From positions 27,231 to 91,230 of IMG/VR virus record IMGVR_UViG_3300029813_000617: a DNA stretch of 64,000 nucleotides, one strand, 5' to 3'. The notes beneath the pieces were generated by a model. That model saw nothing but the letters and a program-made list of their open reading frames with translations, ran no database searches and was not told the origin of the DNA. The first letter of the stretch is position 1. Each line of letters opens with the position of its first letter. This DNA comes from a virus. Both the position numbers and the translations under genes were made by a program. Shown piece by piece: positions 28,095 to 36,884 of this stretch.

Positions 28095-28308
28095 TGTGGG
28101 GCTTCCAGTCTACAAGATAGTCGCGTAACTCTCCGCTCCTCTTGATTTTGACTATAAGCGCCTCCCTGGAGTTTGCCTCAAGGAATTTCCCTGTGTAGGG
28201 ATCAACTGTGACATATCTAGTACGCCTGCCAGGGCTGTCTATCGCGAAAAAAGTGGGCACTAAAACAGTCGCTTCCTCTCCGCTCTGCATCCTTACTGGT
28301 ACTCTCAT
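28063..28308 (-). CDS. Hypothetical protein
   Basis: TAATG coupling with the upstream gene. Confidence 0.55.
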   Translation of the reverse strand: MRVPVRMQSGEEATVLVPTFFAIDSPGRRTRYVTVDPYTGKFLEANSREALIVKIKRSGELRDYLVDWKPHNEKVKEDASV

Positions 28309-28634
28309 TATTCACTCTCCTCTGGTCTAAAAGCGTTATAGACTACAAGCCCAAGTTCAGCCTGGGAAACTATATGTACTGGACAGGAATACGGCTCCCC
28401 AGGTTTAGGACGCCAGATCATGCCCCAGTTTGGCTCAAAGAATATGCCACCTGGAAGACCTATGGGATCCCATTCAGTCACTGTTCCACCTAGCATGACA
28501 TGTCCCCCTTCTCGATAGAAGGTATCATGCACGGTCCTAGCCCAAAGCTCATCTCGCTCGGATACTGCCTGCTGAACTGCATTCTGGATCTCTTTCCCAA
28601 AAAGCCATATTGCCAGTCGTTGCCTCAATGCCAT
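28308..28634 (-). CDS. Hypothetical protein
   Basis: AAAGGA RBS. Confidence 0.55.
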   Translation of the reverse strand: MALRQRLAIWLFGKEIQNAVQQAVSERDELWARTVHDTFYREGGHVMLGGTVTEWDPIGLPGGIFFEPNWGMIWRPKPGEPYSCPVHIVSQAELGLVVYNAFRPEESE

Positions 28635-28677
28635 GTCCTTTCTCCCTGACAAAGCTACGTGTTTGTCAGTCAGGGAT

Positions 28678-28872
28678 TCATACAAGTTTTGGATGTGGCT
28701 GACCTCTGTCCCCAATCTGTTTGACTTGCCAGCCTGCTGGCGCATTCTCGTTTAGCCTGTGGCATTGTGCCTCAGCTACTCCCACGAATGGAGTGTGGAA
28801 AACCACCCTGTTGGTTAGCCACCACTCCGAACTCTTTCCCGAATACTTCCAGATACCATACACTCTAGTCAT
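28678..28872 (-). CDS. Hypothetical protein
   Basis: GAGG RBS; overlaps the upstream stop. Confidence 0.5.
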   Translation of the reverse strand: MTRVYGIWKYSGKSSEWWLTNRVVFHTPFVGVAEAQCHRLNENAPAGWQVKQIGDRGQPHPKLV

Positions 28873-29275
28873 CTCGATTCCTCTCCTCTGCATCATTGAG
28901 ATACTTGGCACATTCCTCTAGCGTACTAAGTGCCTGCCCGCCATTGGCCTCAACCAGCCTCGCCACTGCGTCAAAAGACCGCAGCTGACCAGGGGTAAAC
29001 CTCAAACCTCCGTCCTCTGCCAGCACACAAAAAACCGTTGCCTTTGGGCGTTTGTTGCTATCATCGACTACCTCAGCGATAGCATATACACCTGTCATCA
29101 ACGGTGTGACGGTGTAGAGACAAAAATCGCATATTTCGCGCTGCCGTATCTCTTCTGCCTGGCAGGCTGGTGTCCAGTCTGCTACTACAGGATTATAGTA
29201 CTCGATCTGCAGCATAGGAATCAGCTTGTCTCTCCAGGTCGATTCGTTGCGCGTTCCACCTAGAAATACCTTCAC
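28865..29275 (-). CDS. Nucleoside 2-deoxyribosyltransferase-like protein
   Basis: VFLGGT.N.STWR...YYNPVV.DW...GVYAIAEVVDDSNKRP. Confidence 0.75.
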   Translation of the reverse strand: MKVFLGGTRNESTWRDKLIPMLQIEYYNPVVADWTPACQAEEIRQREICDFCLYTVTPLMTGVYAIAEVVDDSNKRPKATVFCVLAEDGGLRFTPGQLRSFDAVARLVEANGGQALSTLEECAKYLNDAEERNRDD

Positions 29276-29286
29276 ATGCCCTCCAA

Positions 29287-29460
29287 ACAAAAAAGTCTCC
29301 CGCGCTTCTCTCAGGCGGCCAGTTCGGTGGTGAGAGACACTTCATCCCTGAGTGAGACAAATGAAGCTTCTCTCGCTGACCACCTGAGAGAAAAACGGGA
29401 GGTTCGCATGGACATGAAAAAACCTCATTCGTTTCACCCTAATCGGCCTCTCACCACCAG
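29287..29460 (-). ncRNA. Structured leader / attenuator-like RNA
   Basis: Long hairpin CTCCCG..TTCTCTCAGGTGGTCAG / CTGGCCGCCTGAGAGAA..CGGGAG followed by a U-run; alternative pairing GGTGGTGAGAG/CTCTCACCACC. Confidence 0.55.
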
Positions 29461-29467
29461 CACGCCT

Positions 29468-29496
29468 ATCGTACCACATTCGGCCTTCGTTGTCAA
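29468..29496 (-). promoter_or_regulatory. sigma70 promoter (leftward)
   Basis: TTGACA-17bp-TACGAT with TGn extended -10. Confidence 0.7.
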
Positions 29497-29703
29497 GTCC
29501 CAATATCTTGCTGCGTAGGGCTTTGTCAAATCCCCGAATCGCCTAACTACCTATTATGTAAAGACGAAGCCCCCCGCCTTGGGAAAAATGGGCTGAGGGG
29601 CTATCCAACCTGGCCCCCCTCCCTCCTCCCAGGGTTCCCCTTATAGTCAAGCCGTCTTTACGCAGAATTTACGTATGGCTTGACCATAACATCGTTGGGA
29701 CGC

Positions 29704-29733
29704 TTGACCAGACTGTTGTCCACATGGTAAAAT
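29704..29733 (+). promoter_or_regulatory. sigma70-like promoter (rightward early operon)
   Basis: TTGACC-18bp-TAAAAT with TGn extended -10; upstream inverted repeat GTCAAGCC...GGCTTGAC. Confidence 0.55.
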
Positions 29734-29788
29734 GCCGATACTATAGTGTAGGTTACACAAGCGAAAGCGGAAGGGAGAAAGGTGGACA

Positions 29789-29959
29789 ATGGCAGGGCAA
29801 GCGAGAGTCCGATTAAGTAGAGATACGTGGGCAATGATTCGCCTTTACATGGCGATCAACCCAATGGGCAGTGTACGGGTGTTGGCCAACATTATCCACG
29901 TGGGCAGCCGGTTTGACGTGGCGCAGGCGCGAGTACTATTAGCCAGGCTCGCATCATAG
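29789..29959 (+). CDS. Small hypothetical protein (56 aa)
   Basis: AAAGGTGG RBS; MAGQARVRLSRDTWAMIRLY... Confidence 0.5.
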   Translation: MAGQARVRLSRDTWAMIRLYMAINPMGSVRVLANIIHVGSRFDVAQARVLLARLAS

Positions 29960-30081
29960 GCCACTACCGCTAGCACCTTAACATATACGGAAGGCCATAG
30001 GCGCGGGCCAAAGCCGACCGTCATAGAATCTCCAGACCCCGACCGGTGGCCGGTGCTATCCCGATAGGGGGAGTGAACATA

Positions 30082-30579
30082 ATGGCGAAAGCCACAGCAT
30101 CACCGGCAACCCAAACCGACAACCCGCCGGAAGAGGAAGCCCCGGCGGAAGCCCCGATGTCCGCAGTTGCGACCCTGACTGCCAAGCGCGCCATCTATGC
30201 CGACCACGCCGACCTGTTCGCCAATGAGCTCGCCGCCATCGACGCCGCCATCAACGCCGAGGTGTTCAACGCCAGTGTAGGCGTGGAGCTCGACAAGCTC
30301 GACATAACGGCAATCACCGGCTCCAAGAGTGACGGCGAATGGTCATTCAGTAGAATGCGCCGAGTATCGGCCTCCACCACAACCGACACTGACAAGGCCG
30401 ACAACCCGACGACCACGAAAGTGGACCGGCGCGCCCGGCTCCACAATGGCACGATCTACAGATCGGCCAAGGCGCTTTGCGTCGCACTCGGCCACCCGAC
30501 GAACGGCGATTCCGCCGTCCGAGTGTTGGCAAAGCACAGCATCACCTGGTACGATCTGCCTGTCCAGGTGACCGCGTAG
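30082..30579 (+). CDS. Hypothetical protein
   Basis: GGGGGAG RBS; GC3-rich codon usage. Confidence 0.65.
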   Translation: MAKATASPATQTDNPPEEEAPAEAPMSAVATLTAKRAIYADHADLFANELAAIDAAINAEVFNASVGVELDKLDITAITGSKSDGEWSFSRMRRVSASTTTDTDKADNPTTTKVDRRARLHNGTIYRSAKALCVALGHPTNGDSAVRVLAKHSITWYDLPVQVTA

Positions 30580-30707
30580 ACTCGATAGTGTGACGACCCG
30601 ATAGTGTGATCCGCCGCACCGGCCACCGGTCGAGGTTTGGAGAAGCCCACAGGCAGGTATCGGGCCAGTGACATCGCGGCATCACCACAGTAGGCATCCG
30701 CAGTATA

Positions 30708-30787
30708 CCCAGGAACTGAACTGCTAGCAACCCAAGGAACTGGCAACCCCAGGAACTGACGACCCAAGGAACTGACCCGAGAACTGG
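30708..30787 (+). repeat. CCC(A)AGGAACTG direct-repeat cluster 1
   Basis: 4 exact GGAACTG copies plus one GAGAACTG. Confidence 0.85.
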
Positions 30788-30795
30788 AGGACATT

Positions 30796-30981
30796 GTGAG
30801 GAAACCCTGGACCGACGAGAAAAAGATCGAGATGCTCCATCACGTTTTGACCACACCCACGAAGCGAGTAAGGGTGACCATCGAGGTGAGTATCCTCGCT
30901 AACCTAGACCCGACAGGTGTGGAAGGCGAGAAGGCCATCCGAGATCTGATCGCAAACGAGTTTTACACACTGATCTTCTGA
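30796..30981 (+). CDS. Hypothetical protein
   Basis: GGAGG RBS. Confidence 0.55.
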   Translation: MRKPWTDEKKIEMLHHVLTTPTKRVRVTIEVSILANLDPTGVEGEKAIRDLIANEFYTLIF

Positions 30982-31080
30982 TTCTGACCCGATACCCCGC
31001 CACGGCATACTAGACCGCACGCCACCCAGGGGCAGCTAGTGTATGCACCCACAGTGTACCCAGGCGCATCCAGTGGGTTA

Positions 31081-31186
31081 CCCAAGGAACTGAAGGAACT
31101 GGACACTGTCTGGGAACTGGCCAGCCCAAGGATTGGGCTAGGAACTGGACTGGGTAGGAACTGGGTAGATTAACCCGAGGAACTGG
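31081..31186 (+). repeat. GGAACTG direct-repeat cluster 2
   Basis: 6 GGAACTG copies. Confidence 0.85.
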
Positions 31187-31195
31187 AGACAGAGA

Positions 31196-31390
31196 ATGGA
31201 CAAGCTAGTATCCCACTCAGAGTGGTATCGCCTATGGGCTATGGCGCGAGGATGCTATGGGATACGGCAGCAGCGCAAGGCGAGGCGCAGGCTGACAGTT
31301 ATGATGTTGGACTTGCGTCAGGCGAGTTACCATAACCTGGCTGACCAGATCGCCACAGTCATTCAGGAGTCATTTAGAAGAGAGCATTGA
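31196..31390 (+). CDS. Hypothetical protein
   Basis: GGAG RBS. Confidence 0.5.
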   Translation: MDKLVSHSEWYRLWAMARGCYGIRQQRKARRRLTVMMLDLRQASYHNLADQIATVIQESFRREH

Positions 31391-31394
31391 GTCA

Positions 31395-31733
31395 ATGCTA
31401 GGAGAGGGGAGAATGAACGTCAAGGGAATACCAGTGGCACCAGAGGCAAGGTATCCATCTTGCCCCAGACCTGATCAGGCAAAGGTAGAGCCTGGTCACA
31501 CTCCGCAGGGAGATGTCGCAGACTATATCTCCCTCACCATACTGATCGAGAAGTCGAAGGCCGACAATCTTGACCGCACTTTCTGGGCTACCCCAATCGG
31601 TACTCTCGTCCGCATGGAGTACGCTCGTTTCGAAGCTCTCAATAGGCTCATGCAGACCACGCTTGGGGAGAAGCTCATTGACAGGATGAAAGAGATGGGT
31701 CTCAGCTACAACCTACCAGACTCGGCTCGCTGA
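31395..31733 (+). CDS. Hypothetical protein
   Basis: ORF in the co-directional array. Confidence 0.55.
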   Translation: MLGEGRMNVKGIPVAPEARYPSCPRPDQAKVEPGHTPQGDVADYISLTILIEKSKADNLDRTFWATPIGTLVRMEYARFEALNRLMQTTLGEKLIDRMKEMGLSYNLPDSAR

Positions 31734-31741
31734 AACGATAA

Positions 31742-31812
31742 CCGAATAGGGGGGGGTTAGCCCTCTCCCCCTACTCTCCTTACTGAAGGGGAGTAGGTGG
31801 AGCGGACAAGCC
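31742..31812 (+). repeat. Dispersed two-hairpin element, copy 1
   Basis: Similar to 33329-33404 and 36885-36952. Confidence 0.75.
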
Positions 31813-31841
31813 AGGTCAACAGACCGAAGGGAAGAGGGAGG

Positions 31842-32090
31842 ATGGACGTACAAGAGAAGGCACTGGACATCATCGAGAAAGCCGTAGAAAAGCGGAGTGC
31901 CGAAGCTACACTGGCGATCATGGCGGGAGTGACAGACAAGGGAATGGCCACAGCCTTGGTAGTCGTGAAGCAAGGGGTCACTGACGCCGTAGCCGAGGGC
32001 TACGATGAGCGAGAGCTATGGCAGATGATCTACGATCTCACCACCAGTGCCTGCAAGGCCTTTGAGAGCTTACCCAGTTACATGGGATAG
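31842..32090 (+). CDS. Hypothetical protein
   Basis: GGGAGG RBS. Confidence 0.6.
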   Translation: MDVQEKALDIIEKAVEKRSAEATLAIMAGVTDKGMATALVVVKQGVTDAVAEGYDERELWQMIYDLTTSACKAFESLPSYMG

Positions 32091-32118
32091 CGCAAGGAAT
32101 AGGAAGGGAGACAGAGGG

Positions 32119-32463
32119 ATGGAAGTAAAGATACACCAGGCATTCTTGGTGGTGAAGAGTCGAGAGACCCGACTGACCAAGGACAAGGCGCGGCAGTTTC
32201 CGATTCGGCACTGGAGAGACTACAACTGCGATCTCCGACCCGAGCGGATGCTGATCGGCCAACCAGTACCAAAGCCGATCTGCAAGGTGAGGGCACGGAC
32301 ACTTGACCGAGACCTGTCTGGCTGGATGATCCTCGTGCCAGATAAAGAGGCAGGGCTGATCTGGGTACGCCCAGTGTTGGTCCCTCTCCGCAACCAGGAG
32401 AAGATCCGGGAAGAGGGCGGTCGCTGGGATGTACTGTCGGCGATCCCGACGGTGATCCTCTAG
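32119..32463 (+). CDS. Hypothetical protein
   Basis: RBS plus ORF. Confidence 0.6.
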   Translation: MEVKIHQAFLVVKSRETRLTKDKARQFPIRHWRDYNCDLRPERMLIGQPVPKPICKVRARTLDRDLSGWMILVPDKEAGLIWVRPVLVPLRNQEKIREEGGRWDVLSAIPTVIL

Positions 32464-32484
32464 GGCAAGTGAAAGGAGAGAGAG

Positions 32485-32715
32485 ATGGAGAAGAGAGCAG
32501 AAGGGATGGCACATGCCATCACCACAGTGGGGAGCTATCTGGCAGAGAAGGTTAAGCATCTGAGAGGTGTGCAGGCTGATTGCTGCCCTTCTGTGCTATC
32601 AGAGGAGGACCGTCGCCGCGACGCCCAGTTACAGATTGACGCCCTGAAGGATGTGCAAGTCCGGCTGGTGGGTGTCTTAACTGCATACCACCTGGATGAC
32701 CTGGCAATCCTCTAG
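32485..32715 (+). CDS. Hypothetical protein
   Basis: AAGGAG RBS. Confidence 0.6.
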   Translation: MEKRAEGMAHAITTVGSYLAEKVKHLRGVQADCCPSVLSEEDRRRDAQLQIDALKDVQVRLVGVLTAYHLDDLAIL

Positions 32716-32740
32716 GACAAGCGAAAGGAGAAGCGGCAGT

Positions 32741-33247
32741 ATGTTCTGGGTATGCTACGGGGAGTTCAAGGGCAGTAGGAGATTCCGTCGGACTTGGATC
32801 GTTGAGGCAGACTCCTCACCCGACGAGCCAGACGAGAACGGCGAGCGCGCCTATCCCTTCAATGGGATGGGAGGCTACGTCTGGCACGGTTACGGTACTC
32901 GTGAGCACGGTTACAATACTCGCGAGGAAGCTCTCCAAGCTGAGTCTGATCTCGTGGGTGGGGGTATGATGCCAAAGTCCCAGGTGGAGTCTGAGGCTGA
33001 GATGGTGGGTAGCAGTGTAGTGGGTGGTCAGGTAAAGGTCTTGTTCCCCGACGGCACAGAGCGGATGTGCCGAGTGGGACCGACCAACGCGGCTGGCAAC
33101 ACCCTCGTCTGGGTTCCAGTCTATGGCACCTGGCTCAAGATGTGGAAGAGCCAGGAGCTACTCAAGGAGATTGTGCCAAAGGGCGAGGTACTCCTGGCAG
33201 AATCCTCCTTTGATCCCAGGTTGCACAGGAGGTGCAAGGTGGACTGA
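32741..33247 (+). CDS. Hypothetical protein (possibly two fused genes)
   Basis: AAGGAG RBS; second possible start at MMPKS. Confidence 0.55.
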   Translation: MFWVCYGEFKGSRRFRRTWIVEADSSPDEPDENGERAYPFNGMGGYVWHGYGTREHGYNTREEALQAESDLVGGGMMPKSQVESEAEMVGSSVVGGQVKVLFPDGTERMCRVGPTNAAGNTLVWVPVYGTWLKMWKSQELLKEIVPKGEVLLAESSFDPRLHRRCKVD

Positions 33248-33328
33248 GGGCAGCGAAGGCTGTACTACCGATTTGTATGATGAGTGACAACCAGGAGGGC
33301 GGGATGATCTAGTACAGCAGAATGACAG

Positions 33329-33404
33329 CCAAATAGGGAGAGGGGCTGCTAACCCTCTCCCCTGACTCTCCTTACTAAAGGGGAGTGAGGGAAGTGGATT
33401 AGCT
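33329..33404 (+). repeat. Dispersed two-hairpin element, copy 2
   Basis: GGGAGAGGG/CCCTCTCCC and ACTCTCCTT/AAGGGGAGT stems. Confidence 0.75.
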
Positions 33405-33412
33405 GAAAGGAG

Positions 33413-33712
33413 ATGAGAGTGAGTGAAGTAAAGCCGAGAAGTGGGATGGTAGTATCCATCTTCTGTAACGCTCCCGAAGGGGCTATGCTACCTGAGTGGA
33501 GTGACATCTCCGCAGAACTCCGAGAGGAGATTGACCGAATAGGTGGTTTGCCCTGTTGTGAGTTTACTCCAGAGAACGTCGGGGTCATGGGTGTGTACTG
33601 CATCCGTTGCGAGTACTGCCTCTGGCAGGAGACTGCGATGGTGACGACGAAGGGAGATAGGAGTTATGCCAAAGGGCACAATTTACCTGATCCACTTCAG
33701 TCGCCCCTATAA
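33413..33712 (+). CDS. Hypothetical protein
   Basis: AAAGGAG RBS. Confidence 0.5.
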   Translation: MRVSEVKPRSGMVVSIFCNAPEGAMLPEWSDISAELREEIDRIGGLPCCEFTPENVGVMGVYCIRCEYCLWQETAMVTTKGDRSYAKGHNLPDPLQSPL

Positions 33713-34157
33713 GCATGCTCGCCACTACCTGGGCTACACTACCAATCTTGAGGAGCGCCTTAAGTGCCACCGATCTGGTGACAACCACAGTGCTCGCCTC
33801 ATGCAGGTGATTACGGAAGCAGGCATTCCCTGGGAGCTAGTGCGTACCTGGCAGGGAAGTCGCAAGGATGAGAGGCGGCTGAAGAAGCAGAAGAATAGCC
33901 CAAGACTCTGCCCAATATGTAGAAGGGAGAGAGGGATGACAAAGCCAGCTAGGATTATCAAGGCGCGAGTAGGAAAGCATACCCATTACCTGGAGCTCCG
34001 AGGTGGAGCCAAGGGCAAAGGCAGAAGGCTGACTAGGGTACGCTATGATGCCAACAGTCCTATCGCCTTCTGGAGAGCAGTGGACAGCCTAATCCAGAAA
34101 GCACAAGAGCTTGGGTACGCAGTGGACGAGGAGCAATTGCCCCTCAGTCCAGTGTAA
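33666..34157 (+). CDS. GIY-YIG-like endonuclease with a fused C-terminal domain
   Basis: IYLIHF...HYLGYT.NLEERL..H..G...ERRLK...CPIC. Confidence 0.75.
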   Translation: MPKGTIYLIHFSRPYKHARHYLGYTTNLEERLKCHRSGDNHSARLMQVITEAGIPWELVRTWQGSRKDERRLKKQKNSPRLCPICRRERGMTKPARIIKARVGKHTHYLELRGGAKGKGRRLTRVRYDANSPIAFWRAVDSLIQKAQELGYAVDEEQLPLSPV

Positions 34158-34190
34158 GGATAGGCGGGTAAGCCAAGCAAGGAGACACTT

Positions 34191-34397
34191 ATGTGCCAGC
34201 AGGAGAATGAGGGCCATACGATCTGCATCTGTACCATGTGTGGAGCACAGAAGACCGAGGAACTGGCTGATGGCAACACCGAATGTCTGTCTTGCGGATT
34301 CATCTTCAATCCAAAGAATCCTGGGGTGACGCGCGTGGGTGTTGCCTGGGAGATTGAGTGGATGTTGCCTTGGAGGCTGGGCGGTTCGTGGGCCTGA
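34191..34397 (+). CDS. Small zinc-finger protein
   Basis: CTMC...CLSC. Confidence 0.5.
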   Translation: MCQQENEGHTICICTMCGAQKTEELADGNTECLSCGFIFNPKNPGVTRVGVAWEIEWMLPWRLGGSWA

Positions 34398-34512
34398 TCT
34401 CTGAGGCCTGGGATAAGCAGATCGAGGATATAGAGCAAGTCCTGCAGCAGCAGATGGCGGTAGTCTCAGCATAGGCTACCATCGTACAGAAGGGAGAATG
34501 GAGGGAATTGGT

Positions 34513-34698
34513 ATGGGTGCGGAGCGGGAGGAACTGGTCGCCGAGCTCGAAACTTTGAGGAAGAGTGAGATCGTCCGAGTTCTCGCTCGCAAGCACGTTG
34601 CGAAGGTGGCGGTACTCAAGCAGAGATCGAAGGCTGAGTTAGTCCAGACCCTGGCAGACGCGATCGATGAGGGTACAGTCAAGTTTTCCGATCTCTAG
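34513..34698 (+). CDS. Hypothetical protein (paralog of 35324-35515)
   Basis: AEREEL.AE...KAEL. Confidence 0.6.
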   Translation: MGAEREELVAELETLRKSEIVRVLARKHVAKVAVLKQRSKAELVQTLADAIDEGTVKFSDL

Positions 34699-34741
34699 TA
34701 CCCACCTGCTTTTATCAAGAACGGAGAGAGGCAAAATACCA

Positions 34742-35113
34742 ATGCGACTAGAGAGCACAGTCAAGATCAGCATCCCAGACATCCGAGAGGAACTCAAGAA
34801 GATTCCCCTCTGGGCAAACGGAAAGGATCAGTGCCGTAACCAGTTCCTCGGCTGCTACTATGGGGAACTGAGTCGGTGCATTAGCGAGGCGATGCGTGCA
34901 GCCCAGGGCGAGGTATTCTTCTCGGACCTAGAGACCCCCAAGGACCGCAGTGGCGAGGATGATCCTAAGAGACAGTACATCATGGAGTTCGAGGTGTTCG
35001 ACCGAGCCAAACCACGCGGCAACTCCTGCAACTGGCACGGGCAGAATACCTCACAGTGGGTGTATGCCGGTGCTATAGTCTACCAGGACGGTCGGGTATC
35101 GACGCACCACTGA
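34742..35113 (+). CDS. Hypothetical protein
   Basis: GAGG RBS. Confidence 0.6.
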   Translation: MRLESTVKISIPDIREELKKIPLWANGKDQCRNQFLGCYYGELSRCISEAMRAAQGEVFFSDLETPKDRSGEDDPKRQYIMEFEVFDRAKPRGNSCNWHGQNTSQWVYAGAIVYQDGRVSTHH

Positions 35114-35154
35114 CAATCGCCTTTGAGTCAAACACACAAAAGGAGAGAGGGGCT

Positions 35155-35358
35155 ATGAATAGGGGTGTCAGAGTTAGGCCACCATATAGCCTCGCTGGCG
35201 AACTGGGGATGGTTGCCGAGATAACCCCCAGACCTGGATCTGGTGTCTGGGTGCGAATCGACAACGATGGTGGCGCGTGGCTCCTCTACGAAGAAGAGAT
35301 AGAGGTCCTGGAAGAGGGATGCAATGGAACAGGCAGAACGGGAGAAGCTCTTTGCTGA
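35155..35358 (+). CDS. KOW/SH3-like small protein
   Basis: GVRVR...GELGMV...VRID...YEEEIEVL. Confidence 0.55.
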   Translation: MNRGVRVRPPYSLAGELGMVAEITPRPGSGVWVRIDNDGGAWLLYEEEIEVLEEGCNGTGRTGEALC

Positions 35359-35515
35359 GTTTGGTGCTATGGAGAGGACGGAGCTAGCTGAACTTCTCTC
35401 TGGCTGCTTCGAGGGAGAGAAGTCTAGGGCAGTACTTGAGGGAATGACAAAGGCTGCACTGATCTGGCTTCTAGTAGGTGCAGCAATGCCAATGGTGCGA
35501 AAGGAGAGAGACTGA
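35324..35515 (+). CDS. Hypothetical protein
   Basis: GAGGG RBS. Confidence 0.55.
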   Translation: MEQAEREKLFAEFGAMERTELAELLSGCFEGEKSRAVLEGMTKAALIWLLVGAAMPMVRKERD

Positions 35516-35733
35516 TGGGCAAGACAGAGAAAGCAGCTTTCATGTTTCTAGTGGCACTTACTGTCTGTGTATTAGTCGCCGTCGCCTCCTGGATAGCAAG
35601 TGAGCGCTACATCCTCGGTGGCCTGCTCAAAGATGGGTACAGTGTGACCTTCGATGAGTCAGTCTCTCCTGGTGAGGGCTTCTATATTGTGCGGATCTGG
35701 CGCGATGGCTCCTGGGTAGCAGTGGAGAGATAA
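35515..35733 (+). CDS. Small membrane protein
   Basis: N-terminal hydrophobic helix. Confidence 0.55.
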   Translation: MGKTEKAAFMFLVALTVCVLVAVASWIASERYILGGLLKDGYSVTFDESVSPGEGFYIVRIWRDGSWVAVER

Positions 35734-35759
35734 GTCAACAAGAGGAGACAAGGGGCAAC

Positions 35760-36218
35760 ATGAGTGACAAAGAAGCAAGCACTGAGAAACAAGCTCTGGA
35801 TTACGCCCTGAAGTTGACGGACTTCCTTTATGACTCTCACTATCTTGCGCACCTTCCTACCAGGATGACGGCGAGCAGAAGCACCTATCACCAGGGCGGA
35901 AGGGGAGGCTACCCGCACAGGATTACCTACGGTGTGCAGACTCTGCTCAACTTCTATCAGCAAGGCTACTGGTGCACCCAGAGAGAGCTACGGTATGTCT
36001 GGGTAGAGGAGACACAAAGGGAGGCAAAGGGTTTTGAGGCAGTATGGCGGCTCGTGCTTCACGAATTTGCTCATGTAATACAGGTGAATAGGAAGCAGAG
36101 GTTCAAAGGAGGTCTCCATAACTGGTACTATATGGGGATACTACGAGACCTTGTTCGGGGCTTTCCTTTCTGGCAGTATGGACCCGAGAGATTCACCGAA
36201 CAGAAAGGAGATGCATGA
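35760..36218 (+). CDS. Zincin/SprT-like metalloprotein
   Basis: LHEFAH...H motif. Confidence 0.6.
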   Translation: MSDKEASTEKQALDYALKLTDFLYDSHYLAHLPTRMTASRSTYHQGGRGGYPHRITYGVQTLLNFYQQGYWCTQRELRYVWVEETQREAKGFEAVWRLVLHEFAHVIQVNRKQRFKGGLHNWYYMGILRDLVRGFPFWQYGPERFTEQKGDA

Positions 36219-36406
36219 CACTGACTATCGGCGAGATCCTCAAAGCAAAGGGGGTCATTCTTTCCCAGGCAGCATTGAGGAGAGTCCCGCTTGGCAAAGA
36301 ATGTCCTAAGTGTGGTGAGGACAGGCGGCAGTATATCCACAACAAGAGGCAGGCACGAGCCTGTCTGACGTGTGGGTATGAGTGGAGAGAAGGGGAAGTA
36401 AGATGA
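36215..36406 (+). CDS. Zinc-ribbon protein
   Basis: CPKC...CLTC. Confidence 0.6.
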   Translation: MTLTIGEILKAKGVILSQAALRRVPLGKECPKCGEDRRQYIHNKRQARACLTCGYEWREGEVR

Positions 36407-36669
36407 AGCTTTGCCCCAGTTGTGAGCGGCAACTATTCGACGAGATAGCCAAGGCGATAGAGGGCTGCAGTGATCTCTGGCCAGAGGAGCTCCTTGCTCC
36501 CCTGGTGGACTATGGCCCAGAAATTGACGAGGATGTATTTCTGACTGCCATGGCTGAGCGTGGCTGGCTAAACTGCAAGGGATGCCAGCTATGGGTACAC
36601 AGCACAGATGAAGAGGGCTTATGTGTGGACTGTGAGGAAGGAGAGATGCCATGCCATGCTGGAGAGTAA
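36403..36669 (+). CDS. Zinc-finger protein
   Basis: CPSC, CKGC, CVDC. Confidence 0.55.
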   Translation: MKLCPSCERQLFDEIAKAIEGCSDLWPEELLAPLVDYGPEIDEDVFLTAMAERGWLNCKGCQLWVHSTDEEGLCVDCEEGEMPCHAGE

Positions 36670-36860
36670 CCCTAATCGACTTGCGGACAGACGAGACCTT
36701 CCACCAGGACGTGGAGGCTGAGACTCGCGCCAAGGCTATGCGCCAGGCAGAAAGCCACATGCGGAGAGCAGAACGTCCTGGAAAGGCGATCAACGCCCAA
36801 GTCCTGGCTACGCACTATGACTCCGAGGGGAGACCCTATTCGGCTCCACATTTACGATAG
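36651..36860 (+). CDS. Hypothetical protein
   Basis: Overlapping ORF in the array. Confidence 0.55.
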   Translation: MPCWRVTLIDLRTDETFHQDVEAETRAKAMRQAESHMRRAERPGKAINAQVLATHYDSEGRPYSAPHLR

Positions 36861-36884
36861 GCGTCAGGGGGTGTAGCCAGGGCA

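Noticed and set aside
30708-31186. CRISPR array
   Set aside because: Repeats are only 7-12 nt with short, irregular spacers, and no cas genes are present.
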